The notes beneath the pieces were generated by a model, which searched no databases, was not told the DNA's origin, and was given only the letters and a program-made list of their open reading frames with translations. A program made the translations under genes and the position numbers. Shown one piece after another: positions 1 through 9,380 of a stretch of DNA of 64,000 nucleotides; position 1 is the stretch's first letter, and each line of letters starts with the position of its first letter. The stretch comes from a virus: the IMG/VR virus record IMGVR_UViG_3300027822_000002. One strand, written 5' to 3'.

Positions 1-1227
1 CCACTCTTTATTCACCTCAATAAAGGCATCGAGCTTGGGCTTCAGGGCACCATCAGCCTCCAGAAGCTTTTGCCGTTCATAGGCATTGGCATCCGCAAGG
101 GTTTTGATGCTCTGGGCATCAATGCGGGCTTTTTCCAAAGCAATCTCAGCAGTCTGCTTGTCAATCTCAGCCTGACGAAGAAGCTTTTCTGCGGAGATAA
201 CCGCCAACTTCTTATCCGTTTCGGCTTTGGTTTCACGAGCAATCTGGTCTTTCTTTACCTTTGCGTGCTCAATGGCAATTTCTTTCTGGCCACGGGCAAC
301 CTCATATAAACGCTGCTCTTCTTCTTCCAGCCGCTTTTCCCGAGCAATAGCTCTTTTGGCGGCAGCATCTCGACGTTCCTGAATTCTCTCTTCGAACTCA
401 TCATCAGCATCGAACTGAGTCAGGATTGCGTCAGCCACATTGATTCCAGACAACTGGAAGTTGTGACGAGTTCTGATAACAACACCATCTTTATCCTTGA
501 TCTCCTCAAGAACATAAACAAGGCGAGTGGTGTCGCCTGTTTTGCCGGCTCCGGGAAGATTGGTGCCGGTAGCTCCTACGTCGCTACCAGCGACAGGAAT
601 ACGTTTCTGGGTCCGGCGAGTTGCAGGAATTCCCTTTTGCATAATCTGCCGGAACTTCTGTTTGAACTGGTTTCGCTCTGAAGTGAAGTATCCTTCTGCT
701 GTTACCAGTGAAGCGGTGGCATCAAAGGCTTGTTCAACAGATGGCTTGAGAGCCGTTGAAACAAGTCTTCCGGGCGATCTGTAGCGATGGGCAATTTCGA
801 GAAACTGCTCAATATCGTCTGGCACCCGAAACCTCACAACAGCAGTCACCGTACCTTTAACGTTATCAGCCATTGTGATTGTGTAGGGGAGTAGCTGAGA
901 TGATGGAGCACCGGCTGTATCGCCGTCAGTCTTGCTGTGGTCGTAAGCTATAGTTACTTCCCGCTTCCAAGGGATAGGGTCACGCCAACCAGCAAAAAAC
1001 CAACCAGTTTTGCTGACCACTCGTTCGGTACCGAAGATATCCCGAACATGGTAGATATACCCGGGTTCAGCATATTGGAAACCACCAAGGAAAACTCCGG
1101 CAACAATCATGGGGACAGAAACAAGCCTCATAAAGGCTTTAATCCTGCCGGTATTTAGACCCTCGAACTCGCGGGGGACGAAAAATGCCCCCACAAGAAC
1201 GAGGAGTCCAACAAATGTCAAAAACAT
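1..1227 (-). CDS. SPFH/band-7 (flotillin/HflK-like) membrane protein, C-terminus beyond window start
   Basis: Hand translation of minus strand from ATG at 1227 with GAGGAG ribosome-binding site (RBS). No stop codon was found to position 1, which is why it is absent from the ORF track. N-terminal transmembrane (TM) helix MFLTFVGLLVLVGAFF, then an Ala/Glu/Lys-rich coiled coil (AIAREKRLEEEEQRL...AEIALEKARIDAQ) typical of band-7 proteins. Confidence 0.5.
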   Translation of the reverse strand, partial: MFLTFVGLLVLVGAFFVPREFEGLNTGRIKAFMRLVSVPMIVAGVFLGGFQYAEPGYIYHVRDIFGTERVVSKTGWFFAGWRDPIPWKREVTIAYDHSKTDGDTAGAPSSQLLPYTITMADNVKGTVTAVVRFRVPDDIEQFLEIAHRYRSPGRLVSTALKPSVEQAFDATASLVTAEGYFTSERNQFKQKFRQIMQKGIPATRRTQKRIPVAGSDVGATGTNLPGAGKTGDTTRLVYVLEEIKDKDGVVIRTRHNFQLSGINVADAILTQFDADDEFEERIQERRDAAAKRAIAREKRLEEEEQRLYEVARGQKEIAIEHAKVKKDQIARETKAETDKKLAVISAEKLLRQAEIDKQTAEIALEKARIDAQSIKTLADANAYERQKLLEADGALKPKLDAFIEVNKEW

Positions 1228-1261
1228 GTTAAAACTCCTCGATCAGTTGTGGTTAAAACCG

Positions 1262-1534
1262 TTAGTTACGTTCTACTTCATTCTCCCAGTCATGATCACG
1301 GGTTTCACCGGCACCGCCAGCATCACCACCGGCATCACCGCCGTCGCCGCCATCATCGCCGCCATCATCACCACCGTCGTCACCACCGTCGTCGCCGCCA
1401 TGGCCATGACCGCCATGACCGCCGCCGTGACCACCACCATGGCCGCCACCATGACCGCTTCCACCAGCATATGCCGGAGCAACAGTGCTTGCTGCAAACA
1501 TCAAACAAACCATCAACACTTTAAAAAAGTTCAT
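1262..1534 (-). CDS. secreted Gly/His-rich and Asp/Gly-rich repeat protein, putative metal-binding
   Basis: Signal peptide MNFFKVLMVCLMFAASTVAPAYA with AYA cleavage site. Followed by (GGGH)n and (DDGG)n repeats encoded by short tandem nucleotide repeats. Confidence 0.55.
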   Translation of the reverse strand: MNFFKVLMVCLMFAASTVAPAYAGGSGHGGGHGGGHGGGHGGHGHGGDDGGDDGGDDGGDDGGDGGDAGGDAGGAGETRDHDWENEVERN

Positions 1535-1546
1535 TTTCTCTTCCTC

Positions 1547-1897
1547 TTAGTTAAGTTTAGTCTTCTTGAGCCTACCAAGCTCCTTCTCAGCAAATTCGTT
1601 GAACTCCTTTGCTGATTCTCTCATGGCATCTTCGCCACCATTTTCATATTCTTCGTTAAGGCTTTCTCCAGCATTGTTCATACCTACAAGCTCATGTCTT
1701 ATCAATCGGATGAGTTCCTCATCATCAATAGATAGACCTTCTTGCTTGCCCATAAATTTAACTATCTCCCAGTTGGCTAGAAGATTATAAACAGCAGCCA
1801 TCAAGATAATTCCGCCCTCCTCAGACTCACCAAACACGGCGTTTAGCTGAGAGGCGTACAAAACTGCTTTTCTTCTTTGTTCTGGTGATATCTTCAT
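1547..1897 (-). CDS. hypothetical protein
   Basis: ORF with protein-like composition, co-oriented in the minus block. Confidence 0.45.
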   Translation of the reverse strand: MKISPEQRRKAVLYASQLNAVFGESEEGGIILMAAVYNLLANWEIVKFMGKQEGLSIDDEELIRLIRHELVGMNNAGESLNEEYENGGEDAMRESAKEFNEFAEKELGRLKKTKLN

Positions 1898-2038
1898 CAG
1901 GTTTCTCCTTACAAAAACACTTTCTGTTTCTCCACTCCTCCCAAGCTAATGGGGCATCTAGATAACTTTCAGTTCTGTAGTCACAAAGATCGCATTCGTT
2001 GTAAAACCAAAAAATCCCCTGCTTATCAAGTATGAATT

Positions 2039-2824
2039 TCACAGCTTGTGTTTTCTTGCCCAATAATCAATACTTGCAGTGCCTTTGAATATTTCGAAAT
2101 AGTGAGACCTTAGGCCCCTCAAAATATTAAATTTTACAACTCTTTTTTCGTTTGCTGTTGCTACAACCCTTGTGGCTGACCAACTATACCAGTTTCCTAA
2201 TATAGCTCTAGAGAACTTAGAAAGTGGAGCTTTGCCGTCTAAAAAATAATGAACCTCACTCAGCCAAAGCGGCGGCATACAACGAATCCTATGACTTTTA
2301 GAAACAATATTATCAAGCCATTCGTCCACCTCCTCCTGTCTCTCTGTAGTTAATACCCCATATCCATATAACTCAAACATCCTCTCAATGATTGGATTTT
2401 CCTGTAGATAACGAGCTAGTTGGGTTATATCTACAGGTTTACTAGAGGCCATTTTATTCAAGTTTACACCATCCCGAAAAACAGATATTCCTGAATCTGT
2501 TCCGGAAATGACATCTCCATCCATTGTTAATCCGTAACTAGTATCAGAAACAGTCAGGGTGCCATATTTGGTTTTATGGGGGAACAGGAATGTGAAAGAA
2601 TCACTGGTTTCAGAAAATGAATACCCCCTTGGAAGAGGTCCATACCTAACAGTTTTTGTACCGACCTTGGTTGAGAAGTTAAACGGAGCATCTTCATCTG
2701 GATTAATGGAAACCTCAAATGACCCTCTAATATGCTTCTTTCCCTTGGTGATGGTAAAATGTGTTAAACGAGAGAAGATATCCCCGTCCCTTTTGGTCTT
2801 GTTGCCAGTTATGTGGACTCTCAT
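2039..2824 (-). CDS. hypothetical protein (261 aa)
   Basis: Long ORF, no recognisable motif. Confidence 0.5.
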   Translation of the reverse strand: MRVHITGNKTKRDGDIFSRLTHFTITKGKKHIRGSFEVSINPDEDAPFNFSTKVGTKTVRYGPLPRGYSFSETSDSFTFLFPHKTKYGTLTVSDTSYGLTMDGDVISGTDSGISVFRDGVNLNKMASSKPVDITQLARYLQENPIIERMFELYGYGVLTTERQEEVDEWLDNIVSKSHRIRCMPPLWLSEVHYFLDGKAPLSKFSRAILGNWYSWSATRVVATANEKRVVKFNILRGLRSHYFEIFKGTASIDYWARKHKL

Positions 2825-3250
2825 TTAATATTCCTCTGCTAATGCCACTGTCAAAATTCTTTTTGTTTTCGGGTCAGTATAATCAGGAGCCGACCCCTTT
2901 AAATCTTCATCAAAGTAATCTATCTTCCAAAAATATTTCTGCCCCTCAACTTCAAAACCCCCAAAATCCCGCTCTCCATATGGATTATTATCCTCGGTGA
3001 AGACAGAAAAACTCCGCACCACCCCCATAACATCAATCCCGTCCTCTATTTTCTTGGCAACTCCATCAGATACATAAGTCAGACCGCCCTCGCCTTTTAT
3101 GCGGAGTTTATCATTGAGGATTGCAATGCTCTCAGAATTACTCTTAACAGCTTCAAGGGCAGTCCCAGTGCTTTGGCCTGACATCCTATTGATCATATCA
3201 ACGAAAACTTCTACTAGGACGCCGAATTCTTCTTGTTCATCTTTGTTCAT
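2825..3250 (-). CDS. hypothetical protein
   Basis: ORF abutting the neighbouring gene (stop/start overlap). Confidence 0.5.
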   Translation of the reverse strand: MNKDEQEEFGVLVEVFVDMINRMSGQSTGTALEAVKSNSESIAILNDKLRIKGEGGLTYVSDGVAKKIEDGIDVMGVVRSFSVFTEDNNPYGERDFGGFEVEGQKYFWKIDYFDEDLKGSAPDYTDPKTKRILTVALAEEY

Positions 3251-3501
3251 TTGCTTATCAGGCTGTGCAAGTGCCTTGTCACATCCTCCATATATCTCAA
3301 TCGCTCAAGGGCATTCTCCGACTTGCTATCAATCCAAGCCTTGACAATCCCCCATGGAAGATCAGTCAAACAACGAGTCTGCCAGCTACCATCAACCTTG
3401 ACCCTGAGATAAATTCCATCCCGCTCTTTTTCCTTGACGGGATCAGTTTCGATAATAGCTACCGCTCCCTCTCGTCCATGATATTCAAAGCGCATCTTCA
3501 T
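3247..3501 (-). CDS. hypothetical protein
   Basis: ORF overlapping its neighbours by 4 nt. Confidence 0.4.
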   Translation of the reverse strand: MKMRFEYHGREGAVAIIETDPVKEKERDGIYLRVKVDGSWQTRCLTDLPWGIVKAWIDSKSENALERLRYMEDVTRHLHSLISK

Positions 3502-3754
3502 CCTCCGTTATTTTCCTCTCCCAAATCTCCCTTGATTTCTTCCCCAAGTCGATGGCCATGTCAGGAAACATTGAAATGCCCACAACAATCTCCGCAGCCT
3601 CTTGATCGGAGAACCCGGCATCCACCATGCTTTCAACATACCTCTGTTGATCATCGTTAAGGCCCTCAACAATACCGAGTTTCTTGGCATGCTCATATGT
3701 GAGGACTAACCCAATCCCCGCTCTAACACCACACCTATCTGGTTTCTTACCCAC
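3485..3754 (-). CDS. small protein, paralog of 3769..4083
   Basis: Shares the block GFSD..AAEI....MFPD.A......REVWE and GLVL..HA...GI with the adjacent gene. Confidence 0.5.
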   Translation of the reverse strand: MGKKPDRCGVRAGIGLVLTYEHAKKLGIVEGLNDDQQRYVESMVDAGFSDQEAAEIVVGISMFPDMAIDLGKKSREIWERKITEDEDAL

Positions 3755-3768
3755 GGTCGTTTCACTCC

Positions 3769-4083
3769 TTAGTGTTTATCCAGCTCTTTCAACATCTCCG
3801 CCTCCCAAACCTCTCTTGTCTTGTTTGAGATTTCTGCTGCAAGATCAGGAAACATAGTGACTGACGTCAGAATTTCCGCAGCATGACCATCAGAAAACCC
3901 CCTAGAAGTCAGCTCTTTTTTGTATTTCTTGAAAAGTGGCGTAAGGGCCTTCAAAATACCAATCTCGATTGCATGATCTCGCGCCAACACCAGCCCTAAA
4001 ACAGGAATAATCTCGCATTTTTTAAGGTCGTCATTCATGGTAATCTCCTTCCGATTTTTAATTATTGCAACAGAATGCGGCAA
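3769..4083 (-). CDS. small protein, paralog of 3485..3754
   Basis: See the paralog; tandem duplication. Confidence 0.5.
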   Translation of the reverse strand: MPHSVAIIKNRKEITMNDDLKKCEIIPVLGLVLARDHAIEIGILKALTPLFKKYKKELTSRGFSDGHAAEILTSVTMFPDLAAEISNKTREVWEAEMLKELDKH

Positions 4084-4112
4084 AATTTTGACGGCTCACC
4101 CGTGATTAAGAA

Positions 4113-4373
4113 TCATCCCTTATTGAAGGTTATTATCACTGAGTTTATATGACAGTCATTGCCCATCATAAGCCCAGAAATTAGAGCAGCGTCATTCATT
4201 GCATATCCAATATGAGCGTAATCTTTCATAATTTCTGCTGAAACAATCCCCAAGTCTGCTCTTGTTCTAACCAGCACAGAGCCTTTATGGAAGTCCTCAA
4301 TCTCATCGTCAAGGCGATCAGCTACACGAATAACGTCTTCTGCTTTAGCCTTTATCTTCACTCTATATTTCAT
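4113..4373 (-). CDS. hypothetical protein
   Basis: ORF. Confidence 0.4.
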   Translation of the reverse strand: MKYRVKIKAKAEDVIRVADRLDDEIEDFHKGSVLVRTRADLGIVSAEIMKDYAHIGYAMNDAALISGLMMGNDCHINSVIITFNKG

Positions 4374-4429
4374 GGTAGAATTTCCCTTAGAAATACCTTT
4401 TCAGGTATGTATCTCTATGGAGGATTGCT

Positions 4430-4645
4430 GTGGGTGACATCATTGATTTCAAAACTAAGAAAAAGATACCCAATGGGTATGCACAATCAGAGATTGTTTC
4501 TGAAGAAGCTGAGTGGCATAGAGTATGGGTATGTAATTGTGAGAGTCAGACATTCTTTCTCTACGAAGACGGACATGTTCAGTGCGCCTCCTGCGATGCC
4601 TATATGGATTCAATAAAAGGGTTCTGGGACCCGGAGAAAAAATAA
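4430..4645 (+). CDS. small Cys-rich zinc-ribbon-like protein (GTG start)
   Basis: GGAGGA RBS 6 nt before GTG. Motif CNC...C..C. Lone plus-strand gene inside the minus block. Confidence 0.4.
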   Translation: MGDIIDFKTKKKIPNGYAQSEIVSEEAEWHRVWVCNCESQTFFLYEDGHVQCASCDAYMDSIKGFWDPEKK

Positions 4646-4684
4646 TACACAATCAAAGATTGTCTCTCCGAGCCCCACTAAGGA

Positions 4685-5023
4685 TTAATACCCGATCCAG
4701 TTAGATAAACATCCACTGACCGTTTCGGATTCAAGCTCACCATATTTCTTGACTAGTCGCTCGACCTCTTTCCTTGTTGAGGAATACGGTGTTGGTCGAT
4801 TATCTCTCTTACACTTCTCCGTTGTCAGATAATCACGACCACGCAGAAATGCATAAGCAAGCTGCGTTTCTCTTGCCGCTCTCCTAACCACAAATATTCG
4901 ATGATGGTGGAGTTTATCTAGGGTTGGGTAGTCCCTGCGCTCTTTGGCCTTCTTTTCCTCTTTACGGATTATGCGGGCCTCTTCGGCAAGGTGTTTGATT
5001 TTGATTTTAAGTTCAATGCTCAT
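4685..5023 (-). CDS. hypothetical basic protein
   Basis: ORF. Confidence 0.4.
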   Translation of the reverse strand: MSIELKIKIKHLAEEARIIRKEEKKAKERRDYPTLDKLHHHRIFVVRRAARETQLAYAFLRGRDYLTTEKCKRDNRPTPYSSTRKEVERLVKKYGELESETVSGCLSNWIGY

Positions 5024-5123
5024 TTTTCTTTTCTCCAGTTAAAACAAAGGTTAAAACTGGAAAAGGTGGTGATCGGCATCTATGTCATAGTCGCTTCGCT
5101 CCTATTACACCCCTCCGGGGTTT

Positions 5124-5360
5124 CTATGCAGGCCAGAGGCAAATAACCTCTTCCCCCTCTATTATATCCTCCTTGTTGTAGCCCTGACTCCTTAATTCAT
5201 CTGTTAATTCAGGGAAGCCAATATCTTCGCCGTTGAATTTCAAACCATCTGAAATCTCGTAAAGATATGAAAACCCGTTACCCTCTGAATCTCTAGACAT
5301 CAAAACCTTAGTTTCCGGAGGTAGTTTTTTCAATTTTCTGATCAAATCTTTAATCTTCAT
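5124..5360 (-). CDS. hypothetical protein (start trimmed to MKIKDLIRK)
   Basis: The N-terminal 27 codons of track ORF 5124..5441 read through the tRNA-like element and look non-coding. Confidence 0.4.
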   Translation of the reverse strand: MKIKDLIRKLKKLPPETKVLMSRDSEGNGFSYLYEISDGLKFNGEDIGFPELTDELRSQGYNKEDIIEGEEVICLWPA

Positions 5361-5372
5361 TTCACACCTCAT

Positions 5373-5443
5373 TGGCGGGCATTGCTGGAATCGAACCAGC
5401 CGGGGCTTAGGTTTAGAATCCGGCCCCGCCCCACGGAACACCC
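5373..5443 (-). ncRNA. tRNA-like element: T-arm GCTGG-TTCGATT-CCAGC, acceptor GGGTGTT/AATGCCC, discriminator G, encoded CCA; no canonical D-arm found
   Basis: Reverse complement of 5373-5443 was read by hand. T-loop consensus GGTTCGATTCC is present. A 7 bp acceptor pairing (two G-U pairs) is followed by GCCA. Confidence 0.35.
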
Positions 5444-5842
5444 TTAGTACCGAGAACTATAGACCGCATTTGAGAACTTGGCCATCTTTATCCAGTCCCA
5501 GTCATCATTGATGATGTGATTGGCATCTACCGAGTCAAGTTCAACATCATCCCCTACACTATTGTCCAAAACATTAATGAGTTTGTCATACTCCTTCACC
5601 TTGTTTTCCGGCGTAGCAAGGTCAATCCTAACCATAACAGGCTTGACGTCTTCCGGGGACTTTATATCTTTGTTAGATTTGTTGATCTTTTTAGAGAACT
5701 CGGAAAGCTCTTTCTTAAGATCACGGTGGTAGACCTCTACCGCTTTGATGTAGTCGGAGCGATGCTCCTCTCTGAACTTCTTCAGAGTTTCAACAAGGTA
5801 ATCCACCTTGTAAGTGGCCTTCATTCCTTCACTTAGTCTCAT
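5444..5842 (-). CDS. hypothetical protein
   Basis: ORF. Confidence 0.45.
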   Translation of the reverse strand: MRLSEGMKATYKVDYLVETLKKFREEHRSDYIKAVEVYHRDLKKELSEFSKKINKSNKDIKSPEDVKPVMVRIDLATPENKVKEYDKLINVLDNSVGDDVELDSVDANHIINDDWDWIKMAKFSNAVYSSRY

Positions 5843-6086
5843 CTTCTTTTCCTTTCATTTGGTCCCCGACATATTTCCCCATGAAATAGAATGGCGCAAC
5901 ACAACACCACACAAGACCCGCAACAATAGCTAAAACCAGAACCGGAAGCCAAAACAGGCAGATTGAAAACAAAAAAACAGCATCATCTCCCTCGAAATCC
6001 TCACAAGTAGTGAAAAAACCTAGAGATAACCCAAATAGGACAACTGCAACTAAGAGATAAATAATTATGGTCATCACAAACCCCAT
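5829..6086 (-). CDS. small multi-TM membrane protein (start trimmed to MGFVMTIIIYLL)
   Basis: Hydrophobic helices; trimming reduces the overlap with the next gene. Confidence 0.4.
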   Translation of the reverse strand: MGFVMTIIIYLLVAVVLFGLSLGFFTTCEDFEGDDAVFLFSICLFWLPVLVLAIVAGLVWCCVAPFYFMGKYVGDQMKGKEDETK

Positions 6087-6556
6087 AGATTGATTATTGG
6101 GATGTTGTAGTCCTCGGCTATCCTGAGTCCTTGAGCAGTTCCGCCTTTGTATTCTCCTAGAGGAGTTTTTGGGCACCAACAAATGACAAGATCGGCTGGA
6201 AATTTACAGTCATATCCCAAAATAATATGAGAGTTTCTGGCATGGAGTCTTTTAACTGCCGGCGAGCAACAACCCCATGCTGGATGATATTTCTCTGCAA
6301 TCTTAAAACCATCATCATTTGGATTAGCTACGGTGTAAAGACTATCGTCCCAGTTATTAAATCCTGTCCAAGGAAGAAAAACCGTTCCATTATATCTTAA
6401 CCGAACACCGCTTGCAAAGGCATTGTCAGCTCCATCCGCTCCACCAGTACGTAGCTTCCAACCAGAATCCTCATACTCAGAAGCCATTTGCTTCATTATC
6501 TTAAGGATCCGATCAGGTGTCTGGCGACTGCCAATTCCTGCGTATGTCTTTCTCAT
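6074..6556 (-). CDS. SLOG/DprA-LOG-like Rossmann-fold protein
   Basis: Motifs GIGSRQTP and TGGADGADNAFA resemble the Rossmann-fold families named for DprA (DNA-processing protein A) and LOG (Lonely Guy cytokinin-activating enzyme). Confidence 0.45.
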   Translation of the reverse strand: MRKTYAGIGSRQTPDRILKIMKQMASEYEDSGWKLRTGGADGADNAFASGVRLRYNGTVFLPWTGFNNWDDSLYTVANPNDDGFKIAEKYHPAWGCCSPAVKRLHARNSHIILGYDCKFPADLVICWCPKTPLGEYKGGTAQGLRIAEDYNIPIINLWGL

Positions 6557-6691
6557 CTTTTCTCTCCTTTAAAACCTCAGCAATACACTTTAGGCCACGC
6601 CCAATGTCAGAAAGACCTAAGCCTATAAAAAGGCCAGCAAATAGAAACATCCGAAGGATGTGTATCCTTCTTCTGCTATTCCCCACCCCAT

Positions 6692-7039
6692 TTAATCTCT
6701 CCTTGTTAGTTCTGCCCAAGCCTTGGGAAAATTGTCCTCAACAAATCGATAGAGAGTTTCTATCTCAGCATCACCGTTGTATCTCCTAGCTATAGCCGCA
6801 ATAAGACAATACAACTCTGACTCCAAGCCATCTATCTTGTCTTTAAGGACACCAACATGATCCTCTACAACCTCTACATTGGTTGAATCCATAGTCACTG
6901 TTATGCCATCATGAAACTCAACCTCACAAGCCTTGCCGTCAGCATATACCTCAACAATCATTCCACGGGTGCCAGAAGGAATCATTCCAGCATGATAACC
7001 AACACGATTTTTAGTTTTGACAATGCTGTACAGGTTCAT
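6692..7039 (-). CDS. hypothetical protein
   Basis: ORF. Confidence 0.45.
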   Translation of the reverse strand: MNLYSIVKTKNRVGYHAGMIPSGTRGMIVEVYADGKACEVEFHDGITVTMDSTNVEVVEDHVGVLKDKIDGLESELYCLIAAIARRYNGDAEIETLYRFVEDNFPKAWAELTRRD

Positions 7040-7635
7040 CTCACACCAGCCGTTTCACAACCTACAATTAAGGTTCCAATGCCGAATACTAAGGCAGTAA
7101 ATTCCCAGTTATTTTTCATTGCAAGAATAAATATTCCAGAGAAAATGAAAGTGACAATCATGCTATCCATTTTTCTAACCGTCTTTCATCATCTTTTCTA
7201 TCTTCTTTAAAGACATAATTCCTCTCCCAATATCAATAAGAATCCCTCGAGCAGTCCCTAAGTCATACTCCTGCTTCCAAGCCCATTCGGTAAACTCATC
7301 AAATGCTTGAACCACCTCTGGGGTGGATTTTTCTTCAAGCTCCGCACGTATATCAAACACATCATCCTGAATTCCCATTAGATCATTCTCCAATCCACCT
7401 TAGAATTTCGTTGAAGGGAATGCCGTAACTCCCACAAGGATATCGTGAACACAAGTTCCACCAGATTTGTTTACTTCGTGATCAATTTGTCTGACCATCC
7501 ATTTAGCGTCCCCAGTTTCGTCAATCTTTACAACATCATCTTTTCTGGGGACATGTTGAAGGCTATACCCAAATATGCTGCCTATCTGGCTCTCGTCTGC
7601 GTAGTGTCTGAAATACACTCTGGTAATAGTTGTTT

Positions 7636-7986
7636 TCATTTCTTCATACCCTCCAAAGACGTCTTGGCAGCATCAATGAGAGAAAACCATCTTTTCCTCT
7701 CCAGCCTACGACCCTGTTCGATCCCCAATTGCACCGCAATGCTGAAGAGAGCGTGATAAGCCATTTTGCCATTCTGCCATGCTATTCTAAGATCCTCCGG
7801 TCTCAGCATCTCCTCTGGGGATGAACCAGATATCAATTCCTCTCCACCAATGTTGTATCCTGAATAGGGAATAGCTGATAAAGATTTTCGTTCAATATCA
7901 TAAGCTGACAAAAGACTTTTAACTATTGGTTCCACCAAATCTTCAAGGTCCACTGTCTCAATGGGATCTTCAGGCCATTCCTTCAA
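7636..7986 (-). CDS. hypothetical protein
   Basis: ORF; upstream ORFs 7400..7639 and 7175..7393 are co-oriented with 4 nt overlaps. Confidence 0.4.
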   Translation of the reverse strand: MKEWPEDPIETVDLEDLVEPIVKSLLSAYDIERKSLSAIPYSGYNIGGEELISGSSPEEMLRPEDLRIAWQNGKMAYHALFSIAVQLGIEQGRRLERKRWFSLIDAAKTSLEGMKK

Positions 7987-8140
7987 GACTTCTCCTCCTT
8001 CTTCTCTATAAACCCAATAGCCATCAGGAAGTTCAGCGCCTCAATATTCTCGTTGGTCGCTGGGACGGTTTCCTCGTCGTGGATAGCAATCAGGATTTTT
8101 TCTTGTAATGGGGTTAAAACAATGTCTTTGGGGTCAACCA

Positions 8141-8464
8141 TTAAGCCAACTCCACTTTGGGCTTAACCCCGGAATCAACAAGCCTCTGTTTGACCTTTTC
8201 ACGGTCAAACTCGTGGTCCTCAATCCCATAATGGGATATAGCTTGTCGCAATTCCCTTTCCCCGTCAGTAGGGCCTATAGGACGATAATTCATGACGAAC
8301 TGATATATGGCCTCATTCCGCCAATGACGCGCTTCTGACTTCCAGTATTTGTTCACAGTAATCTCCTTGGGACTGCCGATGAGAGCAGCTACTCCCACCG
8401 GCAGGTTCTTCCTCATCCAGTCCCCACTCTCTCTTGGCTTGCTTAAACGGGGCAGAGCTACCAT
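8141..8464 (-). CDS. hypothetical protein
   Basis: ORF. Confidence 0.4.
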   Translation of the reverse strand: MVALPRLSKPRESGDWMRKNLPVGVAALIGSPKEITVNKYWKSEARHWRNEAIYQFVMNYRPIGPTDGERELRQAISHYGIEDHEFDREKVKQRLVDSGVKPKVELA

Positions 8465-8966
8465 TCCCTTGCTAAGGGCCTCAATGGGGGTCGATCACTG
8501 GATGGGGAATTCACATATTATAATTGTGGCAAAAAAATTCGGCGAAATTTTGGCGGGACACCCGCAACTAAGGGGCTTCAACCTTCGTCTCTTTCGACAG
8601 AACTGTCATAACCTTGCCGCAATCCAGACAAACCACATGAGAACCAGATGCCACAACGTCGCCCTCGCTGGTATGCTGGACAACTCTTCTAAACTGTTGG
8701 ACTTCATGATCTAGATGAGCGCAGATATAGCGCTGATTCACTAAATCCAATGGCTTTCTTAAAATATCCTTAATGGTCATTTCATTCCCATCCATAATCA
8801 GAGATTATTTCTTCCCTCATTTCCAACCCCCGCATCTAGCGCATTTTCTCTTCCTATCGGGGTGCCCCTCAAACTTGTGACCCAAAACTCCGCACAGACT
8901 ACGCCTGAACTTACGGACTGAATTCTCTATGACATAAGCCAACATTAGTTTAAACACTGTACCCTC

Positions 8967-9155
8967 TCAATCCCAGTGAACCTTCTCAACCACACTCCCC
9001 TTAGATTCTCCACACCTCAGACAAACAAACCTAACACCCTCGACACGTCCAGAATTTCCCATCATCGAGATAGGGAGTATGTCATATTCATAATGCTCTT
9101 CAGTAAGCTCATCATGCTTACACCTAAAACTCCGAACCCATTTTAAAAATTCCAT
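8967..9155 (-). CDS. small zinc-ribbon protein (CxxC...CxxC)
   Basis: CKHDELTEEH...CLRCGESKG cysteine pairs. Confidence 0.35.
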   Translation of the reverse strand: MEFLKWVRSFRCKHDELTEEHYEYDILPISMMGNSGRVEGVRFVCLRCGESKGSVVEKVHWD

Positions 9156-9380
9156 CTCCTAGTCCTCTTCCCCCAGTTTATCAAGAGCCCAACTATATTC
9201 CTTTAATATATCCTTAGCAGCCCCTAGCTGAGGCTCAACAGGACCAAGATCAGTCTTCTTGATATACCTCCCGTTAACAATCTCAACGCCCCGCATCATA
9301 CAAGGACATAGAGGCTCTCCATTCTGTGGCCCAATACAGTTGCAAGCAAAAGATTCTTCCATGTTTAATGTGTATGGCAT

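Noticed and set aside
70-1158. Plus-strand track ORFs 70..309, 463..681, 527..784 and 937..1158
   Set aside because: They lie antisense to a stop-free minus-strand reading frame of more than 400 codons, which encodes an SPFH-like protein with RBS and TM helix. Their composition is not protein-like.
1249-1524. His/Arg-rich plus-strand ORF and the alternative minus frame 1273..1497
   Set aside because: These are artefacts of the GC-rich tandem repeat. The 1262..1534 minus frame has a bona fide signal peptide and RBS context.
5124-5441. Full-length track ORF 5124..5441 with N-terminus MFRGAGPDSKPKPRLVRFQQCPPMRC
   Set aside because: Its N-terminal 27 codons are the translation of the tRNA-like element; the start was trimmed to 5360.
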